Assembly (NCBI GenBank): GCA_963514005.1
Contig: OY740802.1
Span: 37,882,001-37,946,000, forward strand
Direction of reading: 5' to 3'
Origin: Raja brachyura
Lineage: Eukaryota
DNA: 64,000 bases
Shown: positions 1 through 11,545 of the stretch, piece by piece
How positions within the stretch are numbered: position 1 is the stretch's first letter
How the letters are laid out: each line of letters begins with the position of its first letter
Position numbers and translations under genes: made by a program
The notes under the pieces: model-generated
What the model saw: only the letters and a program-made list of their open reading frames with translations
The model's database searches: none
Told to the model about the DNA's origin: nothing

Positions 1-860
1 TTCCTCCAAATCCAAGGCATAGCAATGGGCACGCGCATGGGCCCCAGCTATGCCTGCCTCTTTGTAGGGTACGTCGAACAATCCTTGTTCGAGGCGTACC
101 GTGGCCCTATCCCCAAACTCTACCTCCGCTACATCGACAACAGCATTGGTGCTACCTCCCGCACCCATGCAGAACTCACTGACTTCGTCCATTTCACCAC
201 GAACTTCCACCGGCACTCAAATACAACTGGACCATTTCCGACATCTTCCTACCGTTTCTAGACCTCACTATCTCCATCGCAGGCGACAGACCTCTGACCG
301 ACATCTACTACAGACACACTGACTCCCATGGCTATCTGGACTGCACTTCTTCCCACCATGTGTCCTGTAAGGACCCTATTCCCCTACTCCCAATTCCTCC
401 ATCTATGCCGCATCTGTGCCCAGGATGAGATTTTCCACACCAGGGCATCAGAAATGTCCTCATTCTTTAGGGAACGGGGGTTCCCCTCTTCGACTATAGA
501 TGAGGCTCTCACCAGGGTCTCTTCTATACCCGTGACTCTGCTCTCACTCCCCATCTCCCCCCACTTGTAACTAGGGCAGAGTCGTCCTTGTCCTCGCCTT
601 CCACCCTACCAGCTGTCACATACAACAGATAATCATCCAACATTTTCGCCACCTCCAACGGGTTCCCACCACTGGCTACATCTTCCCATCTCCTCCCTTT
701 TCTGCTTTCTGCAGAGACCGCTCCCTCCGCAACTCCCTGGTCAATTTGTCCCTTCACACCCTAACCACTCCCTCCCTTGGTACTTTCCCGTGACACTTGT
801 CGCTTTACCTCCCCCCTTGATTCCATCCAAGAACCTAAGCAGCCTTTCCAGGAGAGGTGG
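1..860 (+). mobile_element. Penelope-like retroelement fragment (RT to start of GIY-YIG region), frameshifted
   Basis: Frames give FLQIQGIAMGTRMGPSYACLFVGYVEQ...YLRYIDN and PYSQFLHLCRIC...ERGFP, typical PLE RT motifs. Broken by frameshifts. Confidence 0.88.
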
Positions 861-884
861 TTGGGTAGCCGACATTTTTTAAGT

Positions 885-1126
885 TGGCGCCGTGGTGGAT
901 CGGTGGAGTTGCTGCCTTGCAGCTTCATAGACCATTTTCCCTGTGACCATGTAAGGTTTTTCCAGGTGCTCCAATTTTCTCCCACATTCCAAAGACGTGC
1001 AATTTTCTAGGTTAATTGACTTCTGCAAAATGTCCCCTAGTGTAGAGTATGGGTGATCATTGGTTGGCACAAACTCGGTGGGCTGAAGGGCCTGTTTCCA
1101 CACTGTATCTCTAAACTGAACTAAAT
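885..1126 (+). mobile_element. tRNA-derived HE1-like (V-)SINE, decayed
   Basis: Head GTGGAGTTGCTGCC and CR1-type tail GGGCTGAAGGGCCTGTTTCC...CTCTAAACTGAACTAAA, shared with the other copies in the window. Confidence 0.75.
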
Positions 1127-1689
1127 ATGGATTGTCTATGTGCTGGATCGGAGTTTGGGTCCCAGCCCCCTGCACCTTTACTGTTACACTCTGGAATCTG
1201 GGCCATGTGGCCAATGTGCAATTTGTGGCAAGGTTCAGGAAAGATCTGCAGCTTAATAATTTGTGTAGATTGGGGAGTATGGTGCCTATAGTGCCTCGGT
1301 CAATGTGAGCGAACTGAAATAGGTTGGTCTTGCCGACCCAGATATTGATGGTGATAGTACAAGCCAGCCCACAGGCCTTGTCAGGATTATTTTTCCCCAA
1401 ACAACCATAAACACTCTGAACCTTAGAAGATCAAGGAAGTTCAAGGTTAAAGAACCCCTAATTGCAGATGGGTGAGGTACAGATTTGACATGATTCTGGT
1501 CAAGTAGTGGGCTGGGCTTGAGGGTAAATGGTCTCAGCTCTGTTCTCATGAACTAGGATTTGTGAGCTGTGGATGAGCCTGTGGCTGTCTCCATCCAAGT
1601 CTGAACTACTGACTTGCTGCTCGAGTGTCACGGTAACACCAGATCACCAAACTGTGGGGCGTGCGTTGTCCTCTCCCCGATATAAATCT

Positions 1690-1810
1690 ATGTAGGAAGG
1701 AACTGCAGATGCTTGTTTACACCAAAGATAGACACAAGATGAAGAAGGCTGTCAGCGTGACACATCACCCATTCCTTCTCTCCAGAGATGATGAGTTACT
1801 CCAGCCGATT
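1690..1810. mobile_element. Short inverted Penelope terminal-repeat remnant with ~14-bp TSD
   Basis: AGGAAGGAACTGCAGATGC...CCATTCCTTCTCTCCAGAGATG, flanked by CCCGATATAAATCT (1676-1689) and CCCAATATAAATCT (1811-1824). Confidence 0.65.
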
Positions 1811-2201
1811 CCCAATATAAATCTGCCAGGACTCGGCAAGACTGGCTGGCATGAGGATGGGTGAAATGTGGTGATCTTCCCTGTATCCATGTCTACACAC
1901 CTGCAATCATAAACCAGTCCCATGCCAAGCTAATTTGGAATGTCTCAATCCAATTCCTATGGAGAATGACTCCAACTATTCCAGATCGGCAACATGATGA
2001 TCAGGCAATGGGCTGGCTCTCGGTTACTGATAGCAACATGGATGGCATTTTAGTCATGTGATAGTCATATGAAGTAACTTTATTCTAAATAAAATGTTAT
2101 CCAATTCATGAACTCTGAGTTCCTTTGGGATGATATTATCAGTTCTGGATTGTTAAACCAATGACTTTAAATCTTCTGCATCTCTTGTCCTGTAATTTCA
2201 G

Positions 2202-2324
2202 TTGTGCCAGAATCACTTGCAGGACTCCACGGCCGTATTGGACTTCCAAGCTGTGAACAAGGCTCTGTTTGCCGAGGCAGTGGAACTGCGCAAAAAGCTG
2301 AGCCATATCACAAGTGCAAAAAAA
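2202..2324 (+). CDS. SPIRE-like: Spire-like exon: C-terminal end of KIND domain
   Basis: tttcag|...|gtaagg, 123 nt, phase 0-0. LCQNHLQDSTAVLDFQAVNKALFAEAVELRKKLSHITSAKK vs recalled SPIRE1 LCAAHL...YQAVCRALFAETMEL...IKSAKE. Confidence 0.93.
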
Positions 2325-2634
2325 GTAAGGGGACCTTTAACAGCTGCAAGCATTTTGTACAGCACCTTTGTTCATGTGGTTAAAAAACCCAAGGGACTTC
2401 ACAGCAGGCCAATGAAACATTCAGGCAAATTAAAGAATGTCAGGAAGAAGAGAGAACGCCAGAATAACGTCATTATTCTCAACATTTGTTGCCTCGGGTT
2501 GTCCAACGGGTGTTTGGATAGAATTGGTGAATTGGTGCAGGGCATGTGGTGAATGATGTTCATGCTGCTAAGGTGCACTTGCGATGGGGAGTGTTAGGAT
2601 ATTGATTAGGATGTAGATCAAGCTATTTATATTC

Positions 2635-2840
2635 ATAGTCGTACAGAGTGGAATCAGGCCCCTTGGCCTGACTTGCCCGCATCAGCCAACATGGCCCAGC
2701 TACACTAGTCCCACCTGCCTGCGTTTGGTCCATATCCCTCCAACCCTGTCCTATCCCTGTACCTGTCTAATCGTTTTTTAAATGTTGCAATGGTCCCTGC
2801 CTCAACTACCTCCTCTGGCAGCTTGTTCCATACACCCACA
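2635..2840 (-). mobile_element. CR1/HER1 LINE 3' fragment
   Basis: Reverse complement of the CR1 3' end (CCCTGCCTCAACTACCTCCTCTGGCAGCTTGTTCCA), also seen at 38330-38690. Confidence 0.75.
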
Positions 2841-3432
2841 GTATACTATCCTAGATGTTGTCAGACATCTTATTGATCACTAATCCGTGAAAGCAGGGAA
2901 GATTCAATCTTCCTCTGATGTTCCTTATTGATGGAAAGGTTTTGAGGTTCAAGGGGATTTGCAGCCAGGATAGTTTTGGCTGGTCCTGTTAGGTTTCTGA
3001 CCAACGAGGCCCCCATGGTCTGTGGATGTGGATGAATAGTACGTGAGCATTAAGGAGAGGTGGTTGGCTAGCAGACTTTTGTTCAGAGGTTTGCCGCATT
3101 CTTCATCATCTGAAGAATATCAGTGTGATCTGAAAACACTCTCAGCAATAATTAGAGATCACCCCAATGTGAACATTGGTGATGGAAGGTGACTAACTTG
3201 GGTGAGTTCCGTTGGAGAGAGGAGACTACACTGAGTGTCAGTAGTATCCTACGACTACAATAATTGCCATTAATAGATTAAATGTTTCCATTTATGAACA
3301 GTATCAGCTGGTTACTATCCTCATTACCCTAGCTTGAATATTCCTTGGATGTGTAAGCCACATGGCCCCTTGATTTTATAGCAACTCGCTATTCTTGCCT
3401 TTGAATTTTTTTCTTTTGATTGTATTACAGAT

Positions 3433-3746
3433 GCACGGTGGCGCAGCGGTAGAGTTGCTGCCTCACAGCACCAGTGACCCGGGTTCCATCCTGACTACGG
3501 ATGCTGTTTGTACGGAGATTGTGCGTTCTCCCCGTGACCTGCGTGGGTTTTCTCCGAGACCTTTGATTTCCTCCCAACTCCTAGTACCTTCAGGGTTTGT
3601 GGTTTAACTGGCTTGGTATAAATGTCAACTGACCCTAGTGTGTGTGTGTAGGATAGTGTTAATGTGCGGAGATTGTTGGTCAGCTCGGACCCGGTGGGCC
3701 GAAGGGACTGTTTCTGCACTATATCTCTAAACTAAATTGAAACTAA
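3433..3746 (+). mobile_element. HE1-like tRNA SINE, near full length
   Basis: A-box-like GGTGGCGCAGCGG, B-box-like GGTTCCATCC, central domain, tail TCTCTAAACTAAATTGAAACTAAA. Confidence 0.85.
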
Positions 3747-4204
3747 ATGATTCCGACTTAATCTAAACAGTTTAGCAGGTACTGGTGAGGTAGTTGCCAT
3801 CTAACCGCATTGCCATTCCCTCTGTGGGTAATTGAATAAGCTGAGGGAGCAGTAATTACATTTAGCCTGCGTTTTGCAAATGCTGCATACTTGGGCATCT
3901 TCTAATTTTGCCAGCCGGCTGAGTGCCAGCAGTGAAGCTACCTTGAGCTAGCTTGTGTGAAGGTAATGCTGCAGTGCTGAACCTCGCTGTTCCATAAATG
4001 GTGGAGTCATTTACATTTACATTTCCACACACTCTGTTGTCAACATGGAGCTCACCCACCACTAACCATACATTTCAGGAAGATATGGCCCGCTCAGAAA
4101 CACCTTGCACCCTTTAATCTCTGAGGAGAATTGAATTGGATAGAATGATTGATGTAGAGGATTTTAGCAAAGCTTCAGACAAGATCCCACGGGGCAGTGT
4201 AACT

Positions 4205-4675
4205 CCCCTTCCCATTCCCACGCTGACCTTCCTGTCCTGGGCCGCCTCCGCTGTCAGAGTGAGGTCGAACACCAATTGGAGGAACAGCACCTCGTATTCC
4301 GTGTGGGCAGCGTACAACCCAGTGGTGTGAATATTCATTTCTTTAACTTCACGTTACCCTTGCATCCCTTCTCTCTCTGTCTCTCCCCAACCCTAGTTGT
4401 GCTAATTTCACTGGCGTCCTGATGAGTTTCATTGTCTGTAACTTCTTCTCACCTAGCCCACTGCTAACAATGGACTGTTGCCTTGATCATTGTTACATTT
4501 TTGCATATCTTTCATTTATTTGTTCTATATCTCTCTATATTGTCGTCTACACCTCTCGCTTCCCTTTCCCCTGAATCTCAGTCTGAAGGTGTGTCTTGAC
4601 CTGAAACTTCTTCCATTTCTTCTCTCCAGAGATGCTGCGTGACCCGCTGAATTACCCCAGCATTTTGTGCCTATC
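4205..4675 (+). mobile_element. Penelope 3' fragment (GIY-YIG C-terminus plus terminal repeat) inserted in a decayed CR1 piece
   Basis: TTGGAGGAACAGCACCTCGTATTCCG encodes LEEQHLVFR. It is followed by the terminal-repeat motif CTCTCCAGAGATGCTGCGTGACCCGCTG. Confidence 0.75.
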
Positions 4676-4766
4676 CCATAGGGCAGGTTGGTCAAAAATG
4701 AAAGCGTCTAAGGGAGAGGGGTGAATTGGATCTGAGACTGCCTCAATGGGTGCAAGGAGGGGGTAA

Positions 4767-5072
4767 TTTAGTTTAGAGATTCAGAGTGGAAACGGGCCCG
4801 TCAGCCCACCGAGTCGCATCGACCAGTGAGTGATTCTCGCACACCAGCACTATTAGTCACACTAGGAACAATTTGCACTTATACCAAGCCAATTAATATA
4901 AACCTGTACCTCTTTGGAGTGTGGGAGGAAACCGAAGATCTCAGAGAAAATCCACACGGGTCACGGGGAGAACGTACAAACTCCATACAGACAGCACCCG
5001 TAGGCGGGATCAAACCCGGGTCTCAGGCGCTGCAAGGCAACAACTCTACTGCTGCTCCACTCTGCCACCCCC
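4767..5072 (-). mobile_element. HE1-like tRNA SINE
   Basis: Reverse complement of the 3433-3746 family, starting TTTAGTTTAGAGAT. Confidence 0.85.
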
Positions 5073-5495
5073 ATTGTAATGATTGGTAACGGTATGGATC
5101 TACAGAGTTGAATAATATCCCTTGCTTTATGCAGCATATAATAATGAAATAGACCACACTGTACAGGCCGCAATGTAGATGTTGCATGATAATACAGATC
5201 TTGGCTGTGTTCTTCATGGTGAGAAAAACAATCCGATATAGAATGTCTGCCAAGGAGTTTTCACCCTAAAACACTAACGTTATTCTCCCTGTAGAAGCTG
5301 CTTGACCCGACTGTTTCCAGCACCTTGTTTCAGATTTTCTTCCTCAGATTAAGTACTTGGAGTACCATATTGCTGATGGCATGGAATAGGTTTGGTGGAT
5401 CCCAACTGGCTGGGCTTGAGTCTAATACTAACAGTACAAATGTGACCTCATTGAGTTGTTTAACCTGGTGTATTATTGATAATTCATTTTTGCAG

Positions 5496-5558
5496 ACTCT
5501 GAAAATACTGCTGGAGGAAGACTCTCTTGATAAAGCAAGCCTGGAGTCTCCATGTTGG
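5496..5558 (+). CDS. SPIRE-like: Spire-like exon: KIND-WH2 linker
   Basis: ttgcag|...|gtgaga, 63 nt, phase 0-0. TLKILLEEDSLDKASLESPCW ends in the conserved W (SPIRE1 NLKKIQEM...KNADW). Confidence 0.85.
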
Positions 5559-5622
5559 GTGAGAACTTCAGAAACTATCTCCACCATCCCACCAGTTCCT
5601 GTTTGCTCACAGTTAACTAGAG

Positions 5623-6152
5623 CAGGGGTGGGCAACCTTGTTCTGTATAGGGGCCGGGACACATGTCTGCGAGCGGATGGCGGGCCACATCTATCACATG
5701 TACACATGGATCCTGGCCCCATCCCGACACTGATGGCAGGCATCAAATCACGTGTTCACATAGATCCTGCCCCACGCCCCTAATTACGGGCACTCACCAA
5801 CATGGCTTATCCACGGACCATTGCCTTGGCTCTGTCCTGAAGGCGGTGACTCAAATACTCACTCGTTCGTCCCCGACCTATTGCCAACCCCGATCCCGAC
5901 AGTGAAGGCCAGAAGGTGCGCGGCCGTGCTGGTGGCTTTGCGCAGTATGCGGTACAGCCAGAGTTGGGCGCTGCTCGCCGCTCACCGCTGCTCGGCGGCT
6001 CCGCCATTGTGGCCTCCAGCGCAGGCCTCCTTTCGTTGTTACGTCACCATGCCATGGGCCCTGGAGGTACCGGAGATGATGGAAGTCTGCGGGCCGGATG
6101 ATTTTGGTTACGGGCCGCATTCGGCCCGGGGGCCACAGGTTGCCGACCCCTG
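5623..6152. mobile_element. Non-autonomous hAT (Charlie-like) element
   Basis: TIRs CAGGGGTGGGCAACCT / AGGTTGCCGACCCCTG. 8-bp TSD AACTAGAG (5615-5622) / AACTAGCG (6153-6160). Confidence 0.88.
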
Positions 6153-6620
6153 AACTAGCGGATTCCAATCCTCTGGTTAGTTTGGCGATATTATTGGCTC
6201 AGTCCCGTTTTAAGGATAAAACCTGCCCAACCCTTGGACTGGTTGAGTGCTTCACTTGAGGGAGCTTTGCATAATTCTGAATGGAACTCAAAACCTGTCT
6301 CAGTGCTGGTGGACAGTTAAACACCCCAAAGCTCTGCAAAAGGAAGCTCTCTTCAGATCCGCACATTCATTTATATCTCAAAGTAGTATTCAGCCAGCCA
6401 CCATAGAAAGTATTTGTTTTCACTGTAAATTCTTATTGTTCTGTAGAAACCTGGAAACACATTTCAATCCCAATGGTAGTACGTGCAGCTCTTTCTCTCT
6501 TCAATATTCTGTCCATTTCGCTGGCTGGAGTTGCTTGGTCTTGAGGCACAATGGCCACTTCATCCCTTTCCCATCCCATCGTTTCTTCGTCTCACTGAAA
6601 ACCAACTGCTTTAAGCCTTG

Positions 6621-7208
6621 AGGGCCAGGCCCACCTGCATGCAACTCAATGCGATGAGCGCGACCTAACGTGGTCGCTTGAGCCATTTAGCGTTGTGGGG
6701 CCAGTCCCACTTCGATCGCCGGAGCCGTGCGGAATTGTGCGGAGTTCGTCCTGACATCGCGCGGGGCTCCGAAAAACTGACCATGTTCAAAAATTCGGCA
6801 TGGCAACGGCTTGTCGGCTCGCAGTCGCCTCGACACATTACACACCAACTCGACGTCATGCCTGTGTCCCTCTCTGTGTGTGGCTCCGTGACCCTCTCTG
6901 TGTGTGGCTCCGTGACCCTCTCTGTGTGTGGCTCCGTGACCCTCTCTGTGTGTGACTCCGTGACCCTCTCTGTGCGTCCCTCTGTCCTGGCGAACTTACC
7001 TTTAAGACTTCGCTCCAACTTTGCGCCGCGTTGCGCCACTCGCCCGACCTCCGCGCGGCCCCCGCTGCCGGTTTGGTCGCGCTCGCCGCATGCAGGCGCA
7101 TGCTGGTGGGAACGGCCCTGTACAGGGATCACCCGACCTCCGCGCGGCCCCCACTTCTAGTTTGATCGCGCTCACCGCATGGAGTCGGACACTGGTAGGA
7201 CAGGCCCT
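6621..7208. mobile_element. PIF/Harbinger-type MITE (older copy)
   Basis: Homologous to 16549-17081. Degenerate TIRs AGGGCCAGGCCCACC / GGTAGGACAGGCCCT, flanks TTG/TTA. Confidence 0.82.
6866..6987. repeat. 24-bp minisatellite (~4-5 copies) inside the MITE
   Basis: Unit CCGTGACCCTCTCTGTGTGTGGCT repeated. It explains the (VCGSVTLS)n and (PHTERVTE)n ORFs. Confidence 0.9.
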
Positions 7209-7678
7209 TTAATCTACCCTGGTCCCTGAGCAGGCTGAGCCAGCAGAGCAAGCCCCAGTATACGTCACTAACCCAAACCAGCAAAGATTTAATGAGATAT
7301 GTGATCAGCTTTGCTCTTCGCAAATGATCTTGCTGCTGGTTTATTGCTGAAGACTGCGTAAAGTATCAAATTTCACCAACCTCTGGTTTTTCAAGTATGT
7401 GGTTAGGCAGCTACAACATTGCAGGACAATTACAAAATGGAATGGATTTTGCTTCATGATTAGGAATTTTTAAATGGGGAAAGTGAACGGTAGAAGAGGT
7501 AAACAGCTCTGAAATGGTGCAACCATTGCGAGTTTGTACTCTAACCTGTTATCCGCGGCAAGCTGTGACAATGTTACTTTTTCAAAAAATCTTTTGTCGA
7601 TTAATTTTTTAATTTGATGCATACATGGCACAATTTAAAAACCTCAATGCTTGGTTTAGTTCAACCCTGCTTTGATCA

Positions 7679-7918
7679 AATGTTCAAGAAGGAACCGCAG
7701 ATGCTGGAAAATCGAAGGTAGACAAAATTGCTGGAGAAATTCAGCGGGTGCGGCAGCGTCTATGGAGCGAAGGAAATAGGCAACGTTTCGGGTCGAAACC
7801 CTTTGGGTTTCGACCCGAAACGTTACCCATTTCCTTTGGGTTTCAACCCGAAACATTACTTATTTCCTTCGCCCCATAGATGCTGCTGCACCCGCTGAGT
7901 ATCCAGTAATTTTGTCTA
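7679..7918. mobile_element. Palindromic Penelope terminal-repeat remnant with 13-bp TSD
   Basis: Inverted arms centred on GGGTCGAAACCC-TTT-GGGTTTCGACCC. TSD CCTGCTTTGATCA at 7666-7678 and 7919-7931. Confidence 0.8.
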
Positions 7919-8055
7919 CCTGCTTTGATCACTTTTGCCTTGATTTAATGGTGGAGCTGGCAACAGGCTGACATTGCAAGGCTCCCGTTCCTGCCCAAAT
8001 TGTTTTCCGTGACTGATGAGCACGGTCCTTACCATCTCCCTCGTCTCTCACCCAG

Positions 8056-8220
8056 AGCAGAGAGTGGTTTCAGCTGATGAAGGAGGTGCGGGGTGGCGTG
8101 CGGCTGCGTGACACCAGTGAGAGAAGTTACACGCCTGTTCCCGCGAAGCCACAGCCATCTTCATTCATGAAAATCCTGGATGACATAAAATACAAACGCT
8201 ACATCCTTCACAAGGTGGCG
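8056..8220 (+). CDS. SPIRE-like: Spire-like exon: WH2-A and WH2-B
   Basis: cccag|...|gtgagt, 165 nt. SREWFQLMKEVRGGVRLRDTSERSYTPVPAKPQPSSFMKILDDIKYKRYILHKVA aligns without gaps to recalled SPIRE1 [20 protein letters not shown]...LMDDIRCKRYTLRKVM. Confidence 0.95.
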
Positions 8221-8894
8221 GTGAGTTGACTACCTGCTGAGTGTGAGGGTCGGCCTGCAGTCATGCAGTTTGGGGGTGAGGATGTGGGCTTTTTGATCGG
8301 AAATGCCATTCCAAAGATTCTTGTTGAAATGCATCAGTCTTGGAATCCTGCATGTGGCGGCAATTAGAGTAAAATAACATCTGACTTGTACAACTAACAT
8401 AAATTGTGGTGGGTTATCAATTGTCAAATCCTCTTTGTCGCCTTCCCCTCTGTAAATGTACAGAGCTTCATGTGCTTCCAATGAGCTACCTAGGTCGTCT
8501 TTGTGTAATCATCACAAATAAACCTTGGTATTTGCTATTTTCTGGCTCCACTGTGCATCGGGCTTTGGAATGCATGATGCAGCAGCCGTTCACACACACG
8601 TGTACTGACGAAAGATCAAATTGGTTAAGTGCTCTGACAGAAGTTAACCATTCCGAATACTGAAACTGCATTAGTTGAAGACCAATACAATGATGCAATA
8701 GGTTGGGATTCCCTGGTGTCCTACTGATACCTATTGGAACTTGGACACGACATGGGGATTGGGAAAATGAAGGAAGCAAAGGTGGGGTACTTGGCAAAGA
8801 GCTGAGCAGTCAGGTGCAGGTACACTTCCCTAGTGTAAAGTAACGGATGGTGGTGGTGAAACAATAGATTTGACTTGTATTGCAAAGCTAATAT

Positions 8895-9440
8895 TGTTCA
8901 GCAAAGCAAATTGCTGGGGGAACTCGATGGGTCTGGCAGGATCCTGTGGAAGCAAAGGGATAGTTGACATTTTGGGTTGAGATTGGACTGTAATTGGACT
9001 TTGTGTGGAGAGGGGAGATGGGCAGAATGAGGCAGAGGCTGGCAGGTGATGTCAAAACAAAGTGAGGTGGGAGATGGTGAGTGAAAGCTAGGGGAATAAG
9101 ATGAAGAGGGGGAAGGAAGGGCCACTCTATCCTCCCCCTCTCCTACCTGGCTCCTTCTTTCCTCTTTTTTGTCTTTGTTCTGCTTTGTCTCTAGTTTCAT
9201 GCACCCGCCACTGCCTCCCTAACCCACTCCTTCCCCACGGACTTCATCTATCCATCCCCTCTCTCATTTACCTTCACCCATCGTCTACCTGCCTCTGCCT
9301 CATCCCTCCTCCTCGACTTTATTCTTTCTATCTCCCCTCTACACTCAGTCCTGAAGCAGATCTCAATCTGAAATGTTGACCATCGCCTTGCCTACACAGA
9401 TGTTACTTCATCCACTGAGTTCCTCCAGCAGTTTGCAGAT
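8895..9440. mobile_element. Decayed inverted Penelope terminal repeats
   Basis: GCTGGGGGAACTC...GGCAGGATC arm and the opposite ACAGATGTT...CTGAGTTCCTCCAGC arm, with a purine/pyrimidine switch near 9120. Confidence 0.55.
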
Positions 9441-10077
9441 GCTTTAATCTGAAGCAAAGTCTTTAGTCTCTCTTATAATCTTCAGAGCTTCAAGCTCCAT
9501 CAATTATTGACTATATTTCACAAAATATATAGTTGATTGTTATTTGAACGTATAATTATCTTGCATTCAATATTAGTGCTGGGCCTATATTGTCGATTAA
9601 TAGAATTTAAGGAGGCAAATATCTGTTGAGGATCAAGTCTGAAATGACTCTCCATAAATAAGATGAGTGCAGATAGCTCCGGCTACACTTTAATTGCATT
9701 GGATGCCATTTCTTCTGCGACAATTTGTTTGCTCTTTATCGACGATTGCTCTTTCTGTTTGTGCTGTTTTAATTGAGCAATAAATGTGTGTCCGAAGGCT
9801 TCACTAAGTTGGCAGAGTGTCCAAAGGATGTGATGTGCAGAAATGGCCAATAAAAACCTTCCTGTCGCATGTCTTTGTAGCTTTTGGGCAATATTCCAAG
9901 TTCTTGCCAGAGATCCTTTCCACTTTAATGATGGTGATTAAATATTAATAGAACCCTTTAGCTAAAACTGCTGTCCCTGTACAGCCCAGTGTGGCTTTCG
10001 GTGAGGCTAATGTAGACAGTTAGCCAAAAGGACCACATTTCTTTCAAATCTAACTTCACTCTTGTGTTCATTTTCAG

Positions 10078-10152
10078 CTCATTAATGATGAACCGAGAGC
10101 ATCTTGCAAAGCGGTGCTGGACTTGGGCCTCTTGAGGTCCCTGTTGAAACCT
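10078..10152 (+). CDS. SPIRE-like: Spire-like exon: degenerate WH2-C
   Basis: ttttcag|...|gtacgt, 75 nt, phase 0-0. LINDEPRASCKAVLDLGLLRSLLKP vs recalled [29 protein letters not shown]. Confidence 0.85.
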
Positions 10153-11029
10153 GTACGTATAAGTTGTTTACCTGTATACCAATATACAAAGCTCAATAGT
10201 TTAGAATGACTAATATACTGTAAGACCTAACAAATGAAAGAAAATTGATTTATTTGGCTGAATGCTTAAATAGAATTTGTTCCCCATGTTTTTGCATGAG
10301 AAAACAGGAGCAAGATGAGGCTACCAGACCCCTCAAGCCTGTCCCACAATTCAGTGTGATAATAGCCAATATTCCCCAGATCTTCACGCCTCTAGTAATT
10401 TACCAGTACTAGCAAGCATTTAGTTTATCAGTACTAGTAATTTAGTAGTTGCTAGTAAATTGCAACTGCTATTAGTTGTTAATAACTAGTTGTTTTCACA
10501 TAGCCCTCAGTTCCTGGATCTTTCACATATTTATGTGTCTGCGCTTTAAATACATCGAATGATCCAACCTCCACCATCCTTGAGGTCAGGTAATTCACCA
10601 TTCACTCCCCTCTGAGAGAAGACATTTCTACACGCCTTGGCTTTAAATGACAGACCTCTTATTCTCTACCTCTGTCTCCTTGTTGATGATATTCCCAAAT
10701 ATCTCAGCAACTGTCAAGACTCCGCAGTGAGCAACTTGTAACATGCACGGCTCTCTGGCCATGTACACCACTCCTAGCTATCATGTCAGTATACAACACC
10801 TCGCGCCATCACACAACCATTTGTAATATATTTAATCCTCTATGCATATTTACCAACAACCTTTCATTTTTTATGATTGCAAGTACAGAGATGTTTATAG
10901 TGGCCTACCTTTTGGCGGCTGTGTGATAAAAGTCAAACTTGATTTAATGCATTGGGATATAATTATCAAGTGTTTGCATTGATTATGAAAGTTAGATATT
11001 ACTGCAGAATGTAAGGAAACACTCAAGTT

Positions 11030-11352
11030 GGTTTAGTTTAGTGATACAGCATGGTAACAGGCCGTTCAACCTACCGAATCCATGCCAACCATTGATCACC
11101 CGTACACTGGTCTGTGTTGGACCACTTTCTCACCCACTCTCTACACACTAGTGGCAATTTACAGAAGCCAATTGGCTTGCTGTGCACGTCTTTGAGATGT
11201 GGAAGGAAACCAGAGCGCCTGGAAGGAACCCACATGGTCTCAGGGAGAACATCTAAACTCTACATGGACACTACACAGCACTCGAGGTTAGGATCGAACC
11301 CAGGTTTCTGGATCTGTGAGGCAACGACTCTACTGCTGTGCCATTGTGCTGC
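11030..11352 (-). mobile_element. HE1-like tRNA SINE
   Basis: Starts TTTAGTTTAGTGATACAGC and ends TACTGCTGTGCCATTGTGC; same family as 4767-5072. Confidence 0.8.
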
Positions 11353-11418
11353 CCGTGTGCCACTGTATTTAAAATGGTTGATGCTACAAAGCTGAGTGCT
11401 TATTTTGCGCTTTGTCAG

Positions 11419-11545
11419 GCGACTGCAAGGAAGCTCCGAGACGTGCCGCCCTCCAGCCCTTGTTTGCATGAGATGCTGATGAGCGAGATACAATCGGCCG
11501 TTAAAAAGCTGCAACCAGTGTCCTCTGATGGGGAAGACCAATCAT
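11419..11545 (+). CDS. SPIRE-like: Spire-like exon: linker-3 and WH2-D
   Basis: tgtcag|...|gtaagt, 127 nt, phase 0-1. ATARKLRDVPPSSPCLHEMLMSEIQSAVKKLQPVS vs recalled [34 protein letters not shown]. Confidence 0.93.

Noticed and set aside
3433-3500. Possible tRNA genes at SINE heads
   Set aside because: A/B boxes continue into SINE bodies and LINE-type tails, and there is no complete cloverleaf.
6866-6987. CRISPR-like periodicity
   Set aside because: The units are adjacent with no unique spacers, and the context is eukaryotic.
6665-7160. 155-160 aa ORFs with octapeptide repeats
   Set aside because: They are translations of a 24-bp minisatellite inside a MITE.
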